A DNA stretch of 64,000 nucleotides from NCBI GenBank assembly GCA_964016885.1, contig OZ024741.1, positions 286,192,001 through 286,256,000 of the forward strand, in the 5' to 3' direction. Below, piece by piece: positions 55,490-64,000 of the stretch (position 1 is its first letter; each line of letters opens with the position of its first letter). This DNA comes from Eledone cirrhosa (lineage: Eukaryota). Below the pieces are notes generated by a model that was not told the DNA's origin, did not search any database, and saw only the letters and a program-made list of their open reading frames with translations. The position numbers and the translations under genes are program-made.

Positions 55490-55840
55490 TGTTTAAGTTC
55501 TGAGTTCAAATCTCATTGAGGACAGCTTTGCAGTTCATCTTACCGAGGTCGGGGAAATATACCACCAATCACCTGCTAGTGTCAATGTAATTAATCAACA
55601 CCCCTCCCCCCCCCCTACAAATTGTTGCGTTTGTGCCTAAATTTGAAACGCGGTGGATTGGCGGTATCGGTAGAGGGTCGTACACCATGCTTTGACGCAT
55701 AGAGTTACGGCCCTTTCCATTCTGAGTTCAAATCCCACCGAGGTTAACTTTGCCTTTCATTCTTACGGGGTCGATAAAATAAAGTACCAGTAATGTACTG
55801 GGTAATTGCCGGCCTTGTGCCAAAAGTAGAAACAATTATT
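55490..55840 (+). mobile_element. Two tandem SINEs (older, then near-complete 55652-55840)
   Basis: SINE cores and heads. Confidence 0.8.
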
Positions 55841-56115
55841 TCCCTTTACGATGTTGTTTTATTTATGAACTAGTTGTGTTAACCCGCCATACTTCTTGCG
55901 AATATATAGAAAACATTCTTTAGTTATGTGGGCAACAAATGTTTACTTGATTCATAGAAAACCTTCTTACAGATTTTTATATGTACACCAATTATCATAC
56001 GCTTGTAATTTCAGTGACACAAGCAGCCAAAATCAGAGACACGCAAACTCGCTGACAAATATGTGTACATATCAGCAGCTGATCAGGGTCTGCCAGTCAC
56101 ACACACACACACACG

Positions 56116-56730
56116 CATTTGAACCACATAGTTACTAAGACAAAACCTATATATTTGCTAACATAAGTATGCATCTGTGTATATATATATGTTACTAGAT
56201 ATACTAATTCTTTATAATTATCTCCAAAATTATTTGTCGAGCAAAAATGGCCAAAACTGCTGCTATAGTAACGGTGCGGCTGCTGTCTTACTAACAGACC
56301 ACTATCCACTGATTGACCTCGATGTCACGTGATTGATTCTTTTGAATTTGCCACCGACGCAGTAGGCAGTGATTTTATCAATGGCTTGGAATTAGTCCTC
56401 GCTTTGCTTTTTCCATCCACTGAATAATTTTTGTATAAGTTACCTGTGTCCACGTATTGCCTGGAAACTTAGCTGAGAATAGACTTCCCTGATGACGAAA
56501 GGCTTCTCCGTGCTCTCTTCGGATAGTACGTTTAATCCCTTTCAGAAACTAATTAGTTGGGAGTGAAATTTAAGTAAGTAAGTTAATTTTATAATTTTCT
56601 TATTTTACGTCTCTCACATTATTGTTCTGCTACCCCATGCATTGAACCACATAGTTACTAAGACAAAACCTATATATTTGCTAACATAAGTATGCATCTG
56701 TGTATATATATGTTACTAGATATACTAATT

Positions 56731-56735
<5 letters not shown>
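56116..56735 (+). repeat. ~97-bp direct repeat (56116-56215 and 56640-56735)
   Basis: TTGAACCACATAGTTACTAAGAC..ATACTAATTCTTTATA occurs twice. Confidence 0.9.
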
Positions 56736-56803
<68 letters not shown>

Positions 56804-57773
56804 ATATATAATACATTATATATATATAATACATTATATATATATAATACATTATATATATAATACATTATATATATATATATATATATATATATTAATA
56901 AAATAATGAATAAACAAAGAAACAGTTCCTTATATTTAAAAAATTCATCATTTTACGATCGTTTCTAGGATATATATGTGTTAGAGTTGGTATGCATATT
57001 CTATAGATCTATGTACAATATTTATACAAACTATCAGAGGGAATATACATACCTACACATATATATGCTGTCTTCAGAAATAATGATATTTGTTTATTGA
57101 AAAAAACAAAGATTCAATACAATAGGTCTGTTTGGGAACAGGTTTTGAATTGACCAATAGAGAGATAGTGAGGGTCAGGATAGTAATATAGTAGTAGAAG
57201 AACCTTACATTATGGGTAGAGGAAGGTAGATTTCAGTTTTGGATGGAAAAGAATATTATGAATGAAGGATTATTTTAGGGAAGAAATAGGTCTTATGTTG
57301 ACTTCAGAAATAATTTTGTTTGTTCATTGAATAAAACCAACAAAGATCTAATATATTCTGTCTGTTTGGTAAGAGGTTTAGAATTAAGCAATAGAAAGTT
57401 AATAATTGGCCAAATGGTAAAATAGTAGTAATTGAAGCTTATTTTAGGGGTGAAAATAGGTCAGGTGGTCAATAAAAGGTATACAAGCAGTTGCTGTTAT
57501 AAAATAGCAATGCCAGTACAAATATCTAAGGTGACTAAAGTTTTAAGATAAGAATGTTAGTGAAAAAAATACATCTATAAAAAGAATATAAATTAATTTA
57601 ATTGATGGGTATATTTATATTGATAAAATTATACTAACACATATAGATATGATAAATAAGAGTTAGATGCAGTTGAAAAGTGCTGTTAAAGATGAGGGGA
57701 AATTAAAAGAATATAAAAATAATATATATATATATACTTATACATATATATATATATACATATATATACACAT

Positions 57774-57880
<107 letters not shown>

Positions 57881-57974
57881 TACACACACATACACACATA
57901 TATATTCTCATTTACTCATTTACCTGTTTCAGCCATCCGGCTGAGGCCATGCTGGGGCATGTATACATACATAT

Positions 57975-58015
<41 letters not shown>

Positions 58016-58438
58016 GATATATACATGCATACATACATACATACACACATATATACACACACATATACACTTATATATACATATAATTATTGGGGGGGGG
58101 GGGATTAAATTTATTAGTGAGAAATAGTAAATATATATAGTTTTCAAGGAACATAGAGTCATAACCTGAAGTTAAAGCATTATATATGTTTAGAAACAAT
58201 TATATATGTTTACTTAGTGGTATCAGTTTTAGGAAATGATATTTGTAAGAAGGAAAGCAAAATTATGTAGTTCATCAGTAGTAGAATATTAATTATAGGT
58301 TAACTAAATTAAAAATAGTATTATATTAATTTCTAAAGTGTATATTAATTAGGTTTATAATTTTTAAAGCAGAATTATGTAGTTCATCAGTAGTAGAATA
58401 TTAATTATAGGTTAACTAAATTAAAAATAATTTATAAA

Positions 58439-58920
58439 TTAATTTCTAAAGTGTATATTAATTAGGTTTATAATATTTAAAGGTTTTCTCAGTTTATGAT
58501 TACACGATATTATTAATTCCTGTTGCTTATTTAATAGGATATCCTTAGATTTCATTATTTCAAAAAGTTCTTGGGAACATAATCTACATTCATTTCTACT
58601 ATTTTGATAAGGGGTGGCCCTTTTGAGCACACTCCAGGTCAGGTCATATTCTATATTCCTCTTTCTATAACTATTTATTATTTCAGCTAGAGATGTTGTA
58701 TTAGCTAGTGCGGCATTTTTAAAACTATGTTTGTGGGTATTAAATCTTACCTGAAATTTGTTAGAGGTAGCTCTTATATATGAATAAATTGAGTCCTTAG
58801 TGTTAACTTTACATTTATATACTATGTTATTAACAAGGCAATTTCCTTTTAATGGACAGTTTGCCTTGTTTCTACAGTTACAACTTTTCGTGAATCCTGT
58901 ATCTGAGGAGATATTATGGT
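58439..58920 (-). pseudogene. PLE GIY-YIG endonuclease domain (Naiad-type); partial inverted copy at 58943-59218 on +
   Basis: CNCR..CPL.G.C..IVY..YIR(G)AT..RF..H..F..T.LA..W..Y..CRLC..E..LLNK..E..CNH. Confidence 0.85.
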
Positions 58921-59640
58921 TAGTTTGATGTACTGGTGGTATAAACATAGTTTTAAAAATGCCGCACTAGCTAATACAACATCTCTAGCTGAAATAATAA
59001 ATAGTTATAGAAAGAGGAATATAGAATATGACCTGACCTGGAGTGTGCTCAAAAGGGCCACCCCTTATCAAAATAGTAGAAATGAATGTAGATTATGTTC
59101 CCAAGAACTTTTTGAAATAATGAAATCTAAGGATATCCTATTAAATAAGCGACAGGAATTAATAATATCGTGTAATCATAAACTGAGAAAAACCTTTAAA
59201 TATTATAAACCTAATTAATATACACTTTAGAAATTAATTTATAAATTATTTTTAATTTAGTTAACCTATAATTAATATTCTACTACTGATGAACTATATA
59301 ATTCTGCTTTAAAAATTATAAACCTAATTAATATACACTTTAGAAATTAATATAATACTATTTTTAATTTAGTTAACCTATAATTAATATTCTACTACTG
59401 ATGAACTACATAATTTTGCTTTCCTTCTTACAAATATCATTTCCTAAAACTGATACCATTAAGTAAACATATATAATGCTTTAACTTCAGGTTATGACTC
59501 TATGTTCCTTGAAAACTATATATATTTACTATTTCTCACTAATAAATTTAATCCCCCCCCCCCCAATAATTATATGTATATATAAGTGTATATGTGTGTG
59601 TATATATGTGTGTATGTATGTATGTATGCATGTATATATC

Positions 59641-59705
<65 letters not shown>

Positions 59706-59789
59706 GCATATGTATGTATGTATGTATATATATATATATATATATGTGTGTATGTGTGTATATATATGTATATATATGTATATATATAG

Positions 59790-59835
<46 letters not shown>

Positions 59836-59937
59836 CTATATATATATATATATATATACACCTATATATATACATATATATACATATATATATGTGTGTA
59901 TGTGTGTGTATGTGTGTATATATATGTATATATATAG

Positions 59938-60012
<75 letters not shown>

Positions 60013-60014
<2 letters not shown>

Positions 60015-60880
60015 AAGATAAGCAGAACAAGTAAAATTCAACCAATTTTTCAAAATAAATCAAAATTAATATACAATTAAAATTAATCAAAATTAAAAAA
60101 TATAATATAAATATTTGCCTATTCAAATGGCCCTAACTGTACAGTTTCACGTTGCAAAACATTAGATATCACACGGATATTAATGGAAAAGCAAAGATCA
60201 TCAGAGAAGCATTTTCCTTTCCTAGGGTTAAAAACCCCAGGAACGATAAAATATGTGACCTCACTCCAACTAATACAGGTCTGAAAGGTCGTTAAAGTGA
60301 CCCATAAATACGTTGGTGTATAGTGAAGGCGGGAAATCGTAGACTTGTTGTCTATGATAGCTACCAAAAAAAAATGTTGACCAGCTAGATAGAACGACAG
60401 GATTTTTCTCTACATAATTGGAGAATATTGAATAAGGTTAATATATATCTGAGGGTACAATGTATCCCCGGAAATATATAGGGTGTCTATGATTTAAGGT
60501 GGTTCTATGGTAATAATTTGATATACCAGAACATAATATCAAGATAAGCAGAACAAGTAAAATTCAACCAATTTTTCAAAATAAATCAAAATTAATATAC
60601 AATTAAAATTAAAAAATATAATATAAATATTTACCTATTCAAATGGCCCTAACTGTACAGTTTCACGTTGCAAAACATTAGATATCACACGGATATTAAT
60701 GGAAAAGCAAAGATCATTGAGAGAAGCATTTTCCTTTCCTAGGGTTAAAAACCCCAGGAACGATAAAATATGTGACCTCACTCCAACTAATACAGGTCTG
60801 AAAGGTCGTGAAAGTGACCCATAAATACGTTGCTGTATAGTGAAGGCGGGAAATATTTCCGGGGATACATTGTAACCTTA
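60013..60880 (-). mobile_element. Nested PLE with tandem pLTR-like direct repeats (60013-60336 and 60539-60853)
   Basis: HHR 60131-60208: ttct-CTGATGA..ttgc/gcaa..GAAA-CTGTACAG-TT-aggg; core mutated in the second copy. Confidence 0.75.
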
Positions 60881-61605
60881 TATATATATATATATGTGTG
60901 TGTATGTGTATATATATGTATATATATATATATGTTATATATGTATAAGTATATATATATATATATATTATTTTTATATTCTTTTAATTTTCCCTCATCT
61001 TTAACAGCACTTTTCAACTGCATCTAACTCTTATTTATCATATCTATATGTATTAGTATAATTTTATCAATATAAATATACCCATCAATTAAATTAATTT
61101 ATATTCTTTTCATAGATGTATTTTTTTCACTAACATTCTTATCTTAAAACTTTAGTCACCTTAGATATTTGTACTGGCATTACTATTTTATAACAGCAAC
61201 TGCTTGTATACCTTTTATTGACCACCTGACCTATTTTCACCCCTAAAATAAGCTTCAATTACTACTATTTTACCATTTGGCCAATTATTAACTTTCTATT
61301 GCTTAATTCTAAACCTCTTACCAAACAGACAGAATATATTAGATCTTTGTTGGTTTTATTCAATGAACAAATAAAATTATTTCTGAGGTCAACATAAGAC
61401 CTATTTCTTCCCTAAAATAATCCTTCATTCATAATATTCTTTTCCATCCAAAACTGAAATCTACCTTCCTCTACCCATAATTTAAGGTTCTTCTACTACT
61501 ATATTACTATCCTGACCCTCACTATCTCTCTATTGGTCAATTCAAAACCTGTTCCCAAACAGACCTATTGTATTGAATCTTTGTTTTTTTTCAATAAACA
61601 AATAT

Positions 61606-61745
61606 CATTATTTCTGAAGACAGCATATATATGTGTAGGTATGTATATTCCCTCTGATAGTTTGTATAAATATTGTACATAGATCTATAGAATATGCATA
61701 CCAACTCTAACACATATATATCCTAGAAACGATCGTAAAATGATG
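61606..61745 (+). ncRNA. Hammerhead with 105-nt stem II (mirror at ~56946-57085 on -)
   Basis: cattattt-CTGAAGA-[105 nt]-GAAA-CGATCG-TA-aaatgatg. Confidence 0.75.
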
Positions 61746-61932
61746 AATTTTTTTAATATAAGGAACTGTTTCTTTGTTTATTCATTATTTTATTAATTTA
61801 TCTTGACTCTGTTTTCCGTTTATTTTTCACCGAAAGTAGTTTTTGAATGCATCTTCTCTTTTCATGATATTCGGATTACATTGAGTTCTTCATACGGATT
61901 GGACACTACCGTAAACTTTTGGTAGATTTATC

Positions 61933-62002
<70 letters not shown>

Positions 62003-62003
<1 letters not shown>

Positions 62004-62845
62004 CATTATAAAGAAAGAAGAAACATTAGATATAATTAATAAGATATACCATACCCAAATTCCTTCACTAGTCCTCGACTACGTAGTTTCGTGGCATATT
62101 ATGCAAAAACACTACATCACAGAAATATAGTAACTTTTGTGAGGTTTGCCGACTTATCAAGAGGATACCTCATTAAGAGTTTCAAAACACATCCGGAGGA
62201 CGCGAGATAGAATCCCGAAAGGCGGAGGGGGAGTCAATCACGTGATATAGCGGTCAAGAAACAGAGCTAAGCCTCTTACAACCAATAAAAATACCACAAA
62301 AGACGGCGGGGGGGGGGAGGGGTATTTATATCAAAGCCGTAGAAGAGATGGCTAGGATGGCGAGAAGTTTGAGTAATGATAGCTTTCCAGCAGTCTCTAC
62401 ACTTCAATGGTTACTCTACCATATGGAGTTATAAACAATATAAACAAATACACAGATACATGCGAACACATACATATACATGAATATATCCACATATATC
62501 CCTGAATTTGTGGTGCCAACCTCAACCGTTGTTGCTCTATGAATAACTGGGACAAAATAATCCAAATGGATTAGATTGATTCAGTATCAGAGATATATAA
62601 AACATTATAAAGAAAGAAAAAACATTAGATATAATTAATAACATATACCACACCCAAATTCCTTCATTAGTCCTCGACTACTATAGTAATGTTTGTGAGG
62701 TTTGCCGACTTATCAAGAGGATACCTCATTAAGAGTTTCAAAACACACCCGTAGGACGCGAGATAGAATCCCGAAAGGCGGAGGGGGAGTCAATCACGTG
62801 ATATAGCGGTCAAGGAACAGAGCTAAGCCTCTTACAACCAAGAAA
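62003..62845 (-). mobile_element. PLE-like tandem repeat (62003-62290 and 62602-62845) with variant HHR
   Basis: Direct repeats; HHR 62072-62165 complete in the first copy, GAAA deleted in the second. Confidence 0.7.
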
Positions 62846-62994
62846 AAAAAAATATATATATATATACATAAGGTAAACATTGATGCAATTCAATTCAAGC
62901 ACTCAACGTACTTTTTCCACATAGGAGTGACGGTGTATATATCGAATAAGAAAAAGCGAAGTAGTTTCAGATGTTAAAGTCCTTTAATGATAAT

Positions 62995-63069
62995 GCTGTG
63001 ATACATATTTCAATAACGAGAGTGGCCACATGGTTCGGTGTACCCAGTGCCGTGACATCATCAGACAGC
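62995..63069 (-). ncRNA. Minimal hammerhead in a PLE 3' end (tail 62870-62994)
   Basis: gctgt-CTGATGA-..-GAAA-TATGTA-TC-acagc. Confidence 0.75.
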
Positions 63070-64000
63070 TTCTTACATAATAAGGTTATGTTTCCGAGTC
63101 AATCCAAATTGAATCGACATGGGAACGGACAAAGCGTGTGCTCTTGAATTCTTCGTCCGTTCCGTTGTGAGTCCCAATTCACCCCCACCGGTCTGCGCAG
63201 GTGCAAGTCCGAAGGAAGTTGACCATCAACTACCCCAAAGTTCTACGAAATTCGCCTAGACAGGTCCCCCTCTCAACCAAACAATCACCCCATGCAGGTC
63301 TGTAATATGACACGATTATAGTTTACTGCTAGCCACCCTGCCAGTGGCATTTGGCCGAAAGCTAGTGGGGGTGGGAAAGTATGAGTTTCAATAGGTCTCA
63401 CTACTATCCCTAAATTAAACATAGAAAGTAGGATTGCCCATCACCCGCTAAGAGAATATATACTTATATCTAGGTATTATGGTTTCACTTTGGAAATTAT
63501 GATTGAGAATTAGAAATTAAAACTAAAAATAAAAAATTAAAGAAATTACAAGTTAAAATCTTGATTGAAGTAAGTAAAAAAATATATGTACATATAATAA
63601 CTAATAAATAGGGAGATGTTTAAATTATAGTAAGAAGGATCAATATTACAGATATATTATCCATATATTGAACGATAGTACCCTACAGTAGAACGGAGAG
63701 TAAATTACAGTATGAAACGTAGTAGTTAGGCAAATACATAGTTAATATCTCTATCACATGAATCAAAACAAAAAATACAAAATATAAAATACACAAAAAA
63801 TACAAAAAATACATAGATGCAAAATGAGATAGGAGATATATATGTAAAACGAGATAGGAGATATATATGAGAAACATATACGAGGAAGGTAAACTGTATG
63901 GAAATGAGGGTATACGTGGTTAAGATGATTGTCAATTTTGTCCATTTAAAGTGCATATAAAAATTCGTTATCTGATGAAGTGAGGGGGCTTCCATTCAAG

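Noticed and set aside
56485-56510. CTGATGACGAAA motif (also isolated CTGATGA at 9568 on -, 36873, 59286, 63972)
   Set aside because: No supporting stems or partner half
61640-61700. SECIS-like element (TGA..AAA..GA) in HHR stem II; selenoprotein-coding Naiads are known
   Set aside because: Poor quartet geometry and no in-frame TGA at Cys positions in the GIY-YIG fragment; would need SECISearch to reconsider

Overview
AT-rich, repeat-saturated eukaryotic DNA. A cephalopod (Octopus-like) source is inferred from the tRNA-SINE family, the long (TA)n/(CATA)n tracts and the TE mix. No confident host gene was found. (1) A Tx1/L1-clade LINE has one near-intact full-length copy (ORF1+ORF2) followed by a head-to-tail run of 5'-truncated copies, each bordered by (GATA)n, plus one poly(A)/TSD copy elsewhere. 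(2) About a dozen Penelope-like (PLE) insertions, mostly at (TA)n tracts, include fold-back hairpins of ~0.15-5 kb. They carry hammerhead-ribozyme (HHR) motifs with self-complementary stem III, and most have a tail with an ACTC...GAGT stem; two retain Naiad-type GIY-YIG coding sequence. (3) Decayed R4/Dong-, CRE- and RTE-type LINEs, a DD37D-like Tc1/mariner relic, pogo- and hAT-type MITEs, Helitron-like units and many SINEs. (4) A weak candidate gene fragment with very short introns at ~53.6-54.6 kb. Coordinates were read by eye and may be off by a few nt.
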